NCBI GenBank assembly: GCA_965248445.1
Contig: CBDFJG010000004.1
Coordinates: 1,632,001 to 1,696,000, forward strand
DNA: 64,000 nt
Direction: 5' to 3'
Origin: Planctomycetota bacterium
GTDB lineage: Bacteria; Planctomycetota; JAJSAM01; JAJVHW01
Positions within the stretch are counted from its first letter, which is position 1. Every line of letters starts with the position of its first letter. The translations under genes and the position numbers were made by a program. Below the pieces are notes generated by a model. That model saw nothing but the letters and a program-made list of their open reading frames with translations, was not told where the DNA came from and searched no databases. Below, piece by piece: positions 38,539 through 49,781 of the stretch.

Positions 38539-39246
38539 CGGTCTGTGAGCACGCCACGGTCCATCGTATCGATCGGCGCAGGAGCGCCAAGGCCATGCGG
38601 CGACTCGTGGGCAAGCGCTTCAGGGGCGTCCTCGTGACCGACCGTATGGGCGCTTACGACCAGCATCCCACCGAGCGCCGCCAGATCTGCTGGGCGCATC
38701 TCGAGAGGGACTTTCGAGCGCTGGCCGAGGGCTCGCGCGGCGGCCGGCGCTTCGGCAAGCAGGCCGTGCGTCTCGCCCAGGCTGTCATGCGAGCTCAGCG
38801 TCACTTCGGCGAGCACGGGGACCGCGACCGCATGCGGCGTGAGCTGCGTCTCACATGGGACCGACTCCTGACGCTGCTCGTGCGCGGCGCAGACAGCAAG
38901 CACCGCCGAGTACGCGGAACGACTCGGCATCTGCTCGACCGAGCGGAGGCTCTGTGGACCTTCGCCGACGTCCCTGGCGTCTCCCCGACGAACAACGCCG
39001 CTGAGCGCGCGGTGCGCAAGCCGGTCCTGTGGAGACGCGCAACGCACGGAAGTCAGAGCGAGCGCGGACTCCGCTTCGTCGAGCGCATCCTGACCGTCAC
39101 CGCCACGCTCCGCCAGCGTGGCGAGAGCGTCTTCGATTACCTCGCAGACGTCAGCGCGGCACTCGCGCACAACCGCTCGCCGCCGGCTCTCGTCGCGCTC
39201 CCGATCACGCGCTGAGGCCGCGGATCGTCATACCCTGAACGGGTAC
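38539..39246 (+). mobile_element. 5'-truncated IS66 family A copy
   Basis: Matches 5441-6148, including the right IR CTGAACGGGTAC; abuts the IS3 end. Confidence 0.9.
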
Positions 39247-39319
39247 CTACAACCGTCCAGCGCGAGATTGTGCTCTTCGGCTGTGCCATGCATACTCCCG
39301 CTGCTTCGTTCGTATCTAG

Positions 39320-40988
39320 CCCGAATCGTTCACCAGCCGGGAATCTGAGCGGGCCGTCGTCTGTCTAAGTGCTCGTACTCGCTAGTACTTGCACCGACAG
39401 GAGCGCCGGCCCGATGACGACAGACTGTAGCCCGCAGGGGACCCTCTTCGCGGGCATCTGTGGACGCACCGCGGTGACGCGCTTCGACGCCGGTACCGTG
39501 ACGAGCGACGGGGGCGTGCTGCTGCTCGAGCGGGTCGATCGTCGCATCGATCTGCTCTCGCGGTTTGCGCGCTGCTTCGGGGACCACCGGGACCCGCGTC
39601 GGGTCGAGCACACGGTCGGCCAGATGCTGCGTCAGCGGGTCTTCGGGCTGTGCGCGGGCTACGAGGATCTGGTGGACCACGACCATGTCGGCAAGGACCC
39701 GCTGTTTGCCGCGGCGTGCGGCAAGCGCGAGGGTGCTCTGGCCACGCACCCGACGCTCTCGCGGCTCGAGACCACGCAGCTCGGCGCCACGGCACAGACG
39801 CGCTACGCCAAGATCGAGATGGACCAGGAGCGCGTGGACAGCGTGCTCAGCGACGTCTTCTGCGAGGCCATGGGGCCGGAGGATCCGGGCCTGCTCGTGC
39901 TGGACCTGGACCACTCCGACGTGCGGCTGCACGGCCGGCAGGAGGGCCGCTTCTTCCACGGCTACTACGGGCACTACTGCTACCTGCCGCTGTACGTCTT
40001 CTGCGGCGAGCACCTCTTGCTCGCTCGGCTCCAGACCGCTGACAGAGATCCCGCGCGCGGAGTCGTGGACGAGCTCCGTGCGCTGGTCTTACGTCTGCGG
40101 CGCCGCTGGCCCCGGGCCAAGGTGCTCGTGCGCGCAGACTCGGGCTTTTGCCGCGAGGAGCTGATGGCCTGGTGCGAGGCCGCCGGCCACTTCTACCTGC
40201 TGGGCATGGCGCGCAATGAGCGCCTTGAGCGACACGTCGAAGACGCGCTCGATGAGGCCGCAGCTCGTGCCGTGCAGACCGGCCGAGCAGCCCGGGTCTT
40301 TCGCGACTTTGCCTGGACCACGCTGGGGAGCTGGAGCCAGAGGCGTCGCGTGGTCGCCAAGGCCGAGCACCTGCCGGGCGGCAAGCGCAATCCCCGCTTC
40401 GTGGTGACCAATCTGCCGCCTCGTAGCTGGAGCAGCAAGCGTCTCTACGAGCAGCTCTACTGCGCCCGGGGCGAGGCGGAGAATCGCATCAAGGAGCAGC
40501 AGCTCGAGCTCTTCGGCACCCGTCTGTCGGTGCACACGATGCAGGGCAACGCCGTGCGGATGGCCATGTCGGCCATGGCCTACGTCCTGACCTGTGCGCT
40601 GCGACGCATCGGTCTCGCCGGCACCGAGATGGCGCGTGCGCAAGCCGGCACGATCCGCCTGCGGCTGCTCAAGATCGGCGCGCTCGTGCGGATCACGACG
40701 CGCCGGATCTGGGTCTCGATGTCCTCGTCGTGGCCCTGGCAGCACGTCTTCGAGCGCTGCGCGCAACGACTGCTGGCATCCCCGAAGCCGACCTGACGTC
40801 CCGCCGCGCCGTCCGCCACACCACCGCCCGGCCTACGGTCTGCCCACACCGCAGAATCCGCGCCGTTTCGGCCGCTCACTCGCGTTGCCCTTGTGGCAAC
40901 GACGACAGCATCCGCCCTCGCCTGGCCAAGATCTGACCCTGTGGACTCCGAAAGCACCGTCATCGCGACGTCTCGTGAACAGATGCGG
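39320..40988 (+). mobile_element. IS1380-family element, copy 3
   Basis: Same ends as the tandem copies; flanks CTAG (left) and CTAA (right); a few SNPs. Confidence 0.92.
39414..40796 (+). CDS. IS1380-family transposase, copy 3
   Basis: Near-identical to copies 1 and 2 (RVDRR vs RTDRR). Confidence 0.95.
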   Translation: MTTDCSPQGTLFAGICGRTAVTRFDAGTVTSDGGVLLLERVDRRIDLLSRFARCFGDHRDPRRVEHTVGQMLRQRVFGLCAGYEDLVDHDHVGKDPLFAAACGKREGALATHPTLSRLETTQLGATAQTRYAKIEMDQERVDSVLSDVFCEAMGPEDPGLLVLDLDHSDVRLHGRQEGRFFHGYYGHYCYLPLYVFCGEHLLLARLQTADRDPARGVVDELRALVLRLRRRWPRAKVLVRADSGFCREELMAWCEAAGHFYLLGMARNERLERHVEDALDEAAARAVQTGRAARVFRDFAWTTLGSWSQRRRVVAKAEHLPGGKRNPRFVVTNLPPRSWSSKRLYEQLYCARGEAENRIKEQQLELFGTRLSVHTMQGNAVRMAMSAMAYVLTCALRRIGLAGTEMARAQAGTIRLRLLKIGALVRITTRRIWVSMSSSWPWQHVFERCAQRLLASPKPT

Positions 40989-40989
40989 C

Positions 40990-42033
40990 TAAGGGGGCGT
41001 CCGAAGTGATGGTCTTCTTCGGCGCGGACGGTGTCCTCCCAACAGGGGCGCCGGACGTCCGTCTCCCGTACCCCCTGAGGAACGGCGGTGCCCAAGATGT
41101 GATCGCGGTTGGAGACCTCACCGGCGACGGGGTTGCCGACATCGCCGTCGGCTCCCCCGCCTTCAACCCCAGGACGGGTATGGTCCACGTCTTCCCCGGC
41201 GGCGACGCCCTGTCCAGCGCCACCCTGGAGGTGACGACCCTGGTGGGCGGGGTCGCGAACGGTCATTTCGGGAGGGGCCTGGCAATCGCCGACGTCACGG
41301 GCGACGGTAAGCCTGACCTGATCGTCGGCGCGGTACGCGACTCCGCCGAACGGGTGCGGATCTTCCCAGGGCCGCTGGCGCAGGGCAACATCGCGGCCAA
41401 CGCAGCAACCATCGTACTCAGCGCCTCTCAAGCATCTTCGGGGTTCGGCGCCGTCGCGGTGGGCGACTACACTGGCAACGGCGTGGCAGACGTGATCGTC
41501 GGCGCACCGGCCCAGAACACCCCGGCCGCCGGGAACTTGCAGGCAGGGGCGGTATTCGTGTTCTTCGGTGGAACGGGGCTCTCCACCGGCGGCGCGGGGC
41601 AAGCGGACGTGGTCTTCGAAGGCGTGTGCCCGGGGGGGCATTCGGCGGGAGCCTCGAGGCCGGGGACCTGAACGGCGACGGTTTCGACGACGTGATCGTC
41701 GGCGCCCCCTCTGAAGGCAACAGTAGCGGCGTGGTCTTCGTCTTCACCGGGTCGGCGAACCCAGCGCAGTTGCAGACATCGACGGTAGACGCGGTGGAGT
41801 TCAGAGGCGAGGGGGCGAACGATCTGTTCGGGGACCTGCAGCGGCCAGTGGACGCGAACGGCGATGGCCTGCTGGACCTCTGCGTGTACGCCCCCGCAAA
41901 CGTCGACGGCGGTGCGGCGTCCGGGAAGTTCTACGTGTTCGCCGGTGCCGCAACGCTTGTGGGCCGCCCCGCCGCAGACGCCGACGTGATCGTCGCCGGG
42001 CAGGCGGGGGACGGTTTGGCTGGCGGTTTGTGA
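40990..42033 (+). pseudogene. FG-GAP (integrin-alpha-like) repeat protein, 5'-truncated by IS1380, frameshift at the G7 run near 41632
   Basis: Repeats GDLTGDGVADIAVGSP, ADVTGDGKPDLIVGA, GDYTGNGVADVIVGAP, GDLNGDGFDDVIVGAP across two frames. Confidence 0.8.
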
Positions 42034-42062
42034 CGTCTTCCCGCAGCGCGTGCGCGTGCCGC

Positions 42063-42309
42063 GGCGTTGGTGCATGAGTGCGCCATCGCCTCCGCCTCGA
42101 GCCTGAGCGCGCCGCCCCTCGGGCCCCGATCGCTGCCATGCTCTCGCCAGTTCAGGCTCGGCACACGGGGCACGGGGCATTCATGCACCAACGCCGGTGG
42201 GGTGGACGTGGGACCTCTTGCTCGATGACATGGCGCTGCCTCGTCGGGGGGCCGGGAGGCTCACCGCAGCAGGCCGACCCGGCAAGGAGGCGGTTCATGC
42301 ACCAACGCC
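42063..42309. repeat. 133-bp inverted-repeat element, copy 2 (42063-42195), plus an extra arm (42294-42309)
   Basis: GGCGTTGGTGCATGAGTGC ... GGCATTCATGCACCAACGCC ... TTCATGCACCAACGCC. Confidence 0.75.
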
Positions 42310-42480
42310 GTCCTCCTCTCGGGCCGTCGAGCCCGCTTTGAACACTGCAGAGCGCTCGCGACTGCGCTCAATCGACTTGTAGCGCGGACGCTACTGCGTC
42401 CGGGGGACCGGCCTTCTCATCCCATCTCGGTATCCGCAGGACCCGTCCGCGCGGGTGTCCCGATCTCGATGGTCCCGAGG

Positions 42481-44184
42481 TCAGTTGATCTCGGGCGCGG
42501 TCGCGGCACTTCCGGTCCCGAACGTCGTTCCGGTGTCGTCGATCACGTTGTTGTTGCCGGCGTAGTCGATTCGGGAGCCGGTGAACCGGCAGTTCATCGC
42601 GCTGGTGTCGGTGCCGCTGTTGTCGAGGCCCTCGGCGGCGCAGTTGGACGCCGTGCAGTTCTCCAGCGTGTTGTTGTTGCCCTGGATCCTGAACCCGTCT
42701 CCGTCGCTGTCCCTGGCGGCACAACCCGTCACGCTGTTGTCGTTGCCATCGATGTGGAAAGCGGCCGTGTACGTGCCCGACACACTGTTACCGATCAGCA
42801 CGTTGTCGTTTCCGTCCGCAATCACCCCGAACCCCGCCAGGTGGTTCAGCTTGTTGTCGCGGATGACCACCCCGTTGCCTCCGTGGTCGATGCCGTCCGA
42901 CCCGAGAAAGCTCAGTGAGTTCCGCTGGATCACCGCCGCCCCGAGCATCGTGGCGGATCCGCGCGTGTAGATACCGGTGCAGTAGTACGCTCCGTCCCTG
43001 ACGGTGTTGTTCTCGATCAGGAAGTCATCGCCGCGGACGTAGATGTCCCCGTCAGCCGCCATCACGTGCGCGATCCTGTTCTTGACGATCCGGGCCCTGT
43101 GGCCGGTGTAGTAGATGGCGTACGTGTACTCTTCGTTCAGGTGGCTGATCCGGTTGCCGTCGATGGAGCCGTCGTCGCCGTCGATATAGACCCCGAAGAT
43201 CTCGTCGCCGCCACCAGCTATGTCGTTGATCGCGTTTCGCGTGACGCTCGCTGTGTTCCCGGAAACGTAGATCGCATACGTGTCGGATTCCTCCCCGGCG
43301 CCGCAGATCCGGATCTTGTTGCGGCTGATCGCGGCGTCGTTCCCCTGCACGTAGATGCAATACAGGTCGTAGTAGTAGCCATTCACGTTCTCGATGCAGT
43401 TCTTCGTTACCGTCGCCCGTTCGCCCGCGACGGTGATCCCCCTCTCGATGGAGTAGTTCATCGTCAGTATCTTGTTGCCGGAGACTAGGGCGTCGTCACA
43501 GGACTGGAGGTCGATGACGTGGTCGTAGCTATCGCCAATGTAAGCGTTCTTGAAGACGTTCTTCAGGACCCTGGGGCCCGCCGCGTTCTCCACCAGGATG
43601 TAGGAGTCGCCCGCCATCGAATCGACCGTATTCTTGCAGACCGTGGCCGTTCCACCGTTCTCGGCATCGACCTGGATGCCGACGCCGAGGCCGTAGACGA
43701 ACCGGTTCTTTTGCACCACGGCGTTCGGCCCGTCGATGTCGACGCCGGGGTCGTCGGACCGCTGGCCGCTGAACAGGTTCCGCTCGACCCTGGCAGTCGC
43801 GCCGTCGATGAAGATCCCGGCGCGGCAGGCCCGGAACCGGCACTTCGTTACCGTGGCATCGTCTCCGACGACCGTGACCGGGACCGTTCCGCGCTGGAAC
43901 GTGATGCCCGTGACCGTGACGCTGTCGGCCGTCACGGTCAGCTGGCTGGTCCCGATGGATCCCTCCCAGATCGCACCCTTCTTGCCCTTGAAGGTGAGGC
44001 GCTTCGTCGTCACGACGGCCTCCGGGTACCTGCCCCGTGAGATCACGATCGTGTCCCCGTCCTGCGCGGCGGCCACAGCCTCCGCGATGGTGGCGTGCTG
44101 CTGCGGGACCTTGAGGGTTGCGGCCCAGGCGGTGCCTGAGGAGAAGACGCAGCACATTGCGAAGGCGGTGAGGGCGTAGCGCAT
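42481..44184 (-). CDS. Secreted right-handed parallel beta-helix protein (NosD/pectin-lyase-like)
   Basis: Signal peptide (AWA/AT), LKVPQQHATIAEAVAAAQDGDTIVISRGRY start motif, many G-I-x-V-x-G...I-x-x-N repeats. Confidence 0.88.
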   Translation of the reverse strand: MRYALTAFAMCCVFSSGTAWAATLKVPQQHATIAEAVAAAQDGDTIVISRGRYPEAVVTTKRLTFKGKKGAIWEGSIGTSQLTVTADSVTVTGITFQRGTVPVTVVGDDATVTKCRFRACRAGIFIDGATARVERNLFSGQRSDDPGVDIDGPNAVVQKNRFVYGLGVGIQVDAENGGTATVCKNTVDSMAGDSYILVENAAGPRVLKNVFKNAYIGDSYDHVIDLQSCDDALVSGNKILTMNYSIERGITVAGERATVTKNCIENVNGYYYDLYCIYVQGNDAAISRNKIRICGAGEESDTYAIYVSGNTASVTRNAINDIAGGGDEIFGVYIDGDDGSIDGNRISHLNEEYTYAIYYTGHRARIVKNRIAHVMAADGDIYVRGDDFLIENNTVRDGAYYCTGIYTRGSATMLGAAVIQRNSLSFLGSDGIDHGGNGVVIRDNKLNHLAGFGVIADGNDNVLIGNSVSGTYTAAFHIDGNDNSVTGCAARDSDGDGFRIQGNNNTLENCTASNCAAEGLDNSGTDTSAMNCRFTGSRIDYAGNNNVIDDTGTTFGTGSAATAPEIN

Positions 44185-44239
44185 GTCAATTGACTCCGTG
44201 TGTGGGGGCGGTGCTGGGGGCAGCCCGGGAACGCGCTCA

Positions 44240-44432
44240 GGCTAGCACGCGGGTCCTCAAGTACCACGCGCTCTTCCGCGCCGGAGAATTCGCGATGAAG
44301 CTCAAGGACCCGGCGCGTGCGCGGACGTACTTTCAGCGTGTCGTGGACGAGCACGGCGACACGATCCCGCAAGTGCAGCGTTGGCTGCTCGACCGGACGA
44401 AGCAGTACATCTCCGAGATCGACCAGCGCTAG
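44240..44432 (+). pseudogene. 3' fragment of a TPR-like gene
   Basis: ALFRAGEFAMKLKDPARARTYFQRVVDEH is TPR-like; no credible start. Confidence 0.4.
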
Positions 44433-44680
44433 CTCTGGATGGCGAGCACGTTGTCTGCACTCGCTGAGGTAGCGGGGGGATGTGAGGCTGTCCTCCGACG
44501 CCGCTGTGGGGCCGCTCGCGATTGTGCTGCTCGGGCCAGGGCGCGAACCCCCTCGGCCTGGGCGCGCATCTCGGCGAAGGAGGTCTCCTGCTCGCCCGTG
44601 AGCTCATCCTGCTCAGCGAGCGGCACGAGCTTGGCGACCAGGTCCTTGCGTGTGTTCTTGAGTTCCAGCACCTTCGACAT
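44429..44680 (-). pseudogene. N-terminal fragment of a phage major capsid protein (delta domain)
   Basis: Lies after the head protease, with GGAGG RBS; coiled-coil MSKVLELKNTRKDLVAKL...ELTGEQETSFAEM, then loses coding character. Confidence 0.6.
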
Positions 44681-44743
44681 CGGGCGTTCCTCCGGGTCGG
44701 TGTCGTTCGACGAACCCGAGCGTCGATGGCTGCGGAGGGTCGT

Positions 44744-45523
44744 TCAAGTCGTGAGGCGCAGGACCTCGACGATGCGCCGGCGCACCGCAGCGGACGTGCC
44801 CTTGCTGGGCGGATCGATCGTGACGCGGGGTTCCTCGATCTCGGCGACGCGGGGCGGGTCGGGCAGCGCAGGACCCTCGTCCGCGGCCGATGCCGCCAGG
44901 CGCTCGGGGACGCGGCGGAAGCGCGAGAGCCCGAAGACCTGTGCCTTCTTCGCCCCCTTCTCGACCTCGTCCGCAAACCGCTCGGAAACGGCCTCCTCCG
45001 CAGTCATCCACCACTCGCCACCCGCGTCGGTCACGCGCTTGGACACGGCCGGGGCCCGACGGCCAGTGCGCCGAGCGTAGGTCGTGAGCATCGCGGACCA
45101 CGCCTTGTCGAGCGTTCCCGCCTGCCGGCGCATCTCCTCGGCGTCGCCCATCGCAACCGTCCACGGCCGATGGACCATGAGCATGGCGTTCTCGGCCACC
45201 ACCGTCCGGTCGCCAGCCATGGCGATCAGCGAGGCGATCGAGGCAGCGAGCCCGTCGATGTGGATCGTCACCTTCGCAGGGAAGCGGACCAGCGCGTTGT
45301 AGACCGCAATCCCCTCGAACACGTCTCCGCCGGGGCTGTTGATGCGCACCGTGAGTTCGGGGACCTCGCCGAGTGCGTTGAGGTCCTCGATGACCTGGCG
45401 CGCGGCAATCCCGCCGAAGAGGTCCACGCCGAGGATGTCGTAGAGGTAGAGCGTCGGAGCCGGTGCGTCGTCCTCGGCCAGCATGAGCGCGTAGCCCCTG
45501 CAGTCGGTGAGCGCGGTGGTCAT
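44744..45523 (-). CDS. Phage head maturation protease, ClpP/S14-like
   Basis: VRINSPGGDVFEGIAVYNAL, IDGLAASIASLIAMAGD, MLMVHRPW, EWWMTAEEAV; ATGA overlap with the portal gene. Confidence 0.92.
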   Translation of the reverse strand: MTTALTDCRGYALMLAEDDAPAPTLYLYDILGVDLFGGIAARQVIEDLNALGEVPELTVRINSPGGDVFEGIAVYNALVRFPAKVTIHIDGLAASIASLIAMAGDRTVVAENAMLMVHRPWTVAMGDAEEMRRQAGTLDKAWSAMLTTYARRTGRRAPAVSKRVTDAGGEWWMTAEEAVSERFADEVEKGAKKAQVFGLSRFRRVPERLAASAADEGPALPDPPRVAEIEEPRVTIDPPSKGTSAAVRRRIVEVLRLTT

Positions 45524-46833
45524 GGCGTGGTCTCCTCGTCTTCGTCCGGGTCCTCGTCCTCGGGGACGGGTTCCGGGTCGGGTGCGGGTTCGGGGTCTGT
45601 GGGCTGGTCCTCGCCCGCGGGCGTCATGTTGAGCGGCTGGAGGTAGACGTCGCCATCCGCCCCGATTCCGTTGAGGTTCTCCAGGCGGCGGATGTCGTTG
45701 ACCGACCACCAGCCCCACTGGCGACCCTGCGCGTAGCCGCTCATGCGCGCCGCGTAGTCACCGCGAAGCAGTCCGGCGACGTTGTGCTCGGCGAAGTAGC
45801 GTCCGCGCTCCGTGGGGAGCAGCAGGTCGCGCGCGATGGTCTGTTCGAAGCGCACGAGCCAGGGCCGGAGCGTGTAGACCACGAACTCAAGCGACGCCTG
45901 CTCCATGTTGGCGCGGGGCTGCGCCTTGTCGTCGAAGAGCATGTGGAGCGGGACGCGGAAGAGCCGCGCGATCTCTGCGATCTGGAACTTCTTGAGCTCG
46001 AGGAACTGCAGGTCCTCGAAGGTCATCCCGACCTTCTCGAAGCGCGCTCCCTGCTCGAGGATCACGGTCTTGCCGGCGTTGGTGACGCCCGCGTACGCCT
46101 CGTCCCACGACTCCTTGAAGCGCTTGTACTCGGGGTCGTCCATCACCTGCGGGTGGGTGACGACTCCGGCGATGCGGGCGCCGTGCTTGAGCGCCGACGC
46201 GGTGTTGGTCTCCAGCGCGAGCGCGAGGCCGACGCTCTCCCGCGCAACGCCGATCGGGGAGAGACCCGTGGCACCACCCCAGGAGAGTCCGGGGATCCGC
46301 CAGACCTGATCCGTGCGGAGCGTCTCCGGCGGGACGCCTGCCTCCGAGACGTGGAAGACGAGCGGGCCGCCGGGTTGCGGTCGATCTGCCTGGATGGAGC
46401 CCGGCGCGATGGGCCAGATCTCACGCACGTCGCCGCCCCCGTCACGGACCACGCGGGCGTACGCATTGCCGCGCAGGAGCACGTGGGCGCAGAGCGTCTC
46501 GCGGACGGATTGCGCCGTGCTCTCCTCGTTCGCGAGCGTGTGGAGGATGTCGGAGAGCGGGTGCTCGGCCGCGGACCGCTTGTCCCCGTTCGCCTGCCGC
46601 TCGAAGACCATGAGCGGAAGCGTCGAGATGGACTCGGCCAGCACCTTGACGCACGAGAGAACCGCGGTGACGCGGAGGGCCGTCTGGTCGGTGACCGAGA
46701 CGCCCGAGGCGGTCGGCCGACCCACTCCTGGCGTCTTCCAGAACCACTCCGGCGGCTCGTCGCTCAGGAGGAAGGCGCGGAGGCCCGAGCGGAGCCGAGA
46801 GAGCAGACCGCGGCGGGGAGCGAGCGTGGACAC
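45520..46833 (-). CDS. Phage portal protein, HK97 family
   Basis: ALRVTAVLSCVKVLAESISTLPL, LLRGNAY, GLSPI, EIARLFRVP, LLRGD, NDIRRLENL. Confidence 0.95.
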   Translation of the reverse strand: MSTLAPRRGLLSRLRSGLRAFLLSDEPPEWFWKTPGVGRPTASGVSVTDQTALRVTAVLSCVKVLAESISTLPLMVFERQANGDKRSAAEHPLSDILHTLANEESTAQSVRETLCAHVLLRGNAYARVVRDGGGDVREIWPIAPGSIQADRPQPGGPLVFHVSEAGVPPETLRTDQVWRIPGLSWGGATGLSPIGVARESVGLALALETNTASALKHGARIAGVVTHPQVMDDPEYKRFKESWDEAYAGVTNAGKTVILEQGARFEKVGMTFEDLQFLELKKFQIAEIARLFRVPLHMLFDDKAQPRANMEQASLEFVVYTLRPWLVRFEQTIARDLLLPTERGRYFAEHNVAGLLRGDYAARMSGYAQGRQWGWWSVNDIRRLENLNGIGADGDVYLQPLNMTPAGEDQPTDPEPAPDPEPVPEDEDPDEDEETTP

Positions 46834-46905
46834 GCCTCGACGATGAGGCCCTGCGGAGCCTCCCTCTACGCGGAGGCGCGACTGGACCCGCGAGTTGGGC
46901 AGCGG

Positions 46906-48670
46906 TCAACCGACTGCACGCACGCCCCGATACGCGTACGGCGACTCCGGGCGGTCCGGCAGCACCATCAGCCGCGAGAGCGCGGTCACCGCGGCGACCA
47001 CTCCGTCGATCCGCCGCGTCCCCTGGGCGTGACCGCCGGGCTTCACCGGCTTGATGTTCCCGGCGGGGTCCGAGGCGACCTCGCAGTTCGCGACGCACCA
47101 GCACATGACGGGGTTGCCGTCGTGGCGGATGCGGCCCGAACGCACGAGTGCCTCGAAGAGTTTCGAGGGGCCCGAGAGTGATGCGTAGCCCTGGCGCACC
47201 TCGACCATCTGGACGCCGGCCGCGACGAGCGAACTCGCCAGGTGGGTCGCGTTCCAGGGGTCATAGCCGACCTGCGTCAGCCCCGTGAACCGCGGCCGGA
47301 TCTCCTCCATGATCACGCAGTAGACCTCGGCGTAGTCGACCACGCTCCCCTCGGTGACCCTGAGCCAACCCTCGCGCGCCCAGACGTCGTAGGGGACGCG
47401 GTCCTTCTTCGCGCGCTCGCGCAGGATCTCGCGCGGCAGGAAGAGGAACGGCACCAGTTCGACCTCGTAGTCCAGCACGAGGCGGTGCTGGACCGGCGGT
47501 GCCGCGCCGTCCTTCGTCTCGACCATCGAGCGTCTCGACAGGCCGGACTTCGTCGCGCCGGCGGAACGCCAGGACGATCGCCGTGAGGTCGGCAGACGCC
47601 GAGAGGTCGAGTCCCGCGCAGCAGGGCAGCGTCGCGAGGTCCGTGGCGGACGCCGTCCGCCGACACGCCTCCCACGCCTCGGGCGCGATCCACACCGTGC
47701 GGCTCTCGGTCCAGACGTTGAGTTCCAGGCGCAGGAAGCTGTTGCGTTTGCGCGGCTCGGCCTGCGCGGCGGCGCACTCGGCCCGCATGTACTCGAGCGA
47801 TTTCGTGACGCCGAGCGAGGGGTTCGAGGCGTGCCACGTGCGCTCATCCGTCCAGTCAGCCTCGGGAGCGGACTCGAAGATGACGGGCAGGTACTGCGCG
47901 TCCGTGATGACGCCGTCGCGGACCTTCTTCGCGTACTCGTACTCCTCGTAGCAGATCGATTCCCGGTCATCTCCGGCCGTCGTGATGATGAACACCAGCG
48001 GCTGGCGACGCGCGGACGTGCCCTTGTAGAGCGTGTCGTAGAGGTCGCGGGTCTTCTGGGTGTGGAACTCGTCGAAGATCAGCCCGTGCACGTTGAAGCC
48101 GTGCTTGGTCCCGACCTCGGAGGAGACAGCCTTGAAGGTCGAGTTGGTCGCGGTCTGGACGATGGCGTTGCGCAGCACGGTGATGGCGGCGTCGCGCCGG
48201 AAGTCCGGGTTCTCCCGCGCCATGACCGCGGCGTCCCCGAACACGATGCGCGCCTGGTCGCGGTCAGCCGCTGCCGCATAGACATCTGCGCCGGGCTCCG
48301 CGTCGCCGAATGCGAGCAAGAGCCCCATGCCAGAGGCCAAGCCGCTCTTCCCGTTCTTCTTGCCCACCTCGAGGAACGCCTTGCGGAAGCGTCGCGTGCC
48401 GTCCTCGCGCTTCCAGCCAAAGAGCGGCCGGACGATCAGGTCCCGCTGCCACGGCAGCAGACCAAACGGCTTCCCTGCGAACTCCCCCTTGACGTGGCGC
48501 AGGTACGTCGGGAAGAAGTCGCACGCGCGATCCGCCGCCTCTTCGTCGAACCAGTACCGCCCGTCGCCGTCGTCGAGTTGCAGCGACGTCCCGGGCCAGC
48601 GCTCCCAGGGCGGCGGCCCCTCGCCCCACCATGGCGGCAGTGCGGCTCGCGGCGCGCGCCGACTACCCAT
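46906..48670 (-). CDS. Phage terminase large subunit (frameshift near 47525)
   Basis: Walker A GKKNGKS, Walker B LIFDEFH, nuclease GLDLS, GYDPWNA, RIDGVVA; split over ORFs 47261-48832 and 46906-47970. Confidence 0.9.
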
Positions 48671-48980
48671 CGACGCCCCACCGGGGCAGGTGGCGGATCG
48701 GGACACCGAGCGCGTTTGCCGCCGAGATCTCGCGCTCCATGCCCTCGGTGGGCGGGCCCACGACGAGGATCTCGTCCGCAACCGCGAGCCAAGCGAGTCC
48801 TGCCGAGCAGCCGAGCGCGCGTTCGGCTCCAACTGCGTCGTCCAGGAACGCCGGGTAGAGGAGGTGGGGCGCGAGCGGAGCGTCGCCGGCCAGAACGACG
48901 GCCCGGCAGATCTCTCGGGCGACGTCGATGTTGCGGGCTACCTCGCCCCGGTAGGGGGAGCAGACGAACACGCGCTTCAC
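48663..48980 (-). CDS. Phage protein of the 'CSPYRG...APHL' family (nucleoside deoxyribosyltransferase-like fold)
   Basis: VFVCSPYRGEVARN, PLAPHLLYP, TEGMEREI; GTGA overlap with the upstream gene. Confidence 0.75.
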   Translation of the reverse strand: MKRVFVCSPYRGEVARNIDVAREICRAVVLAGDAPLAPHLLYPAFLDDAVGAERALGCSAGLAWLAVADEILVVGPPTEGMEREISAANALGVPIRHLPRWGVDG

Positions 48981-49781
48981 GAACGCACGACCTCCGCCTT
49001 CTTGCCGGTGAAGCGCTCCCAGCGCTGGACCGCGACGTCGATGTACTTGGGGTCGATCTCCATGGCGAAGCAGCGGCGGCGACGGCGCTCGCAGGCGAGC
49101 AGCGTAGTGCCCGAGCCGTTGAAGGGCTCGTAGACCTCCGGGAAGTCGTGGTTCTCGATCGGCCGCTCCATGCCCACGAGCGGCTTCTGCGTCGGGTGGT
49201 CCCGGCTCCGCGCCGTCGAGCAGCCACGCGACGTCGTCGGGGCTGGTCGAGTCCCCGCAGAGCAGTCGGTGCTCGCCGAGGAGCCACAGGTCGCCAGGCC
49301 GCGCCACGGGTTCCTCTGGCACCGGCGGGATCTCGTCCGGATCGCTCTCGCCGGCGACCGGGCTGAGCAGCCGCGAGATCTCCGCGTCGCTGAAGCCCGT
49401 CACCAAGTGGTCGAAGAAGTCGTCCGACTGGAGTTGCCCCAGCAGCGAGCCGAGCACGTCGTCGTCCCACGATGCGAGTTCGGCTGTGCGGTTGTCGGCG
49501 ATCGCGTAGGCCGTCGCCTCGACGTCGCCCTCGTCCACAACGACGGCTGCGATCTCCGTCCAGCCGAGCGCCCGCGCGGCGGCCAGCGTGCCGTTGCCGG
49601 CGCGTACGACCATGCCGCCCTTCTGGACGACGATCGGCTTGCGCTGCCCGAACTTCGCCAGCGACGCCTTGATGGCGTCGAGGTTGCGAGTGTCGTGGCG
49701 GCGGGCGTTGGCCTGGTCCTCGTGCAGCGAGGCGATCGGCAGGGCGAGCTTCCGCAGCCCCTCCACGATGTGCGTGCTCAC
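48977..49781 (-). pseudogene. ParB-N-domain / N4-N6 DNA methyltransferase with internal deletion
   Basis: ParB (NARRH, FGQRKPI, AGNG, IADNR), PGDLWLLGEHRLLCGDST, then a jump with a frame change to HPTQKP...EPFNGSGTT...EIDPKY; no DPPY motif. Confidence 0.85.

Noticed and set aside
48663..49781. 372-aa ParB fusion ORF in the track
   Set aside because: Artifact of the deletion in the methyltransferase, which shifts the frame into the downstream gene.
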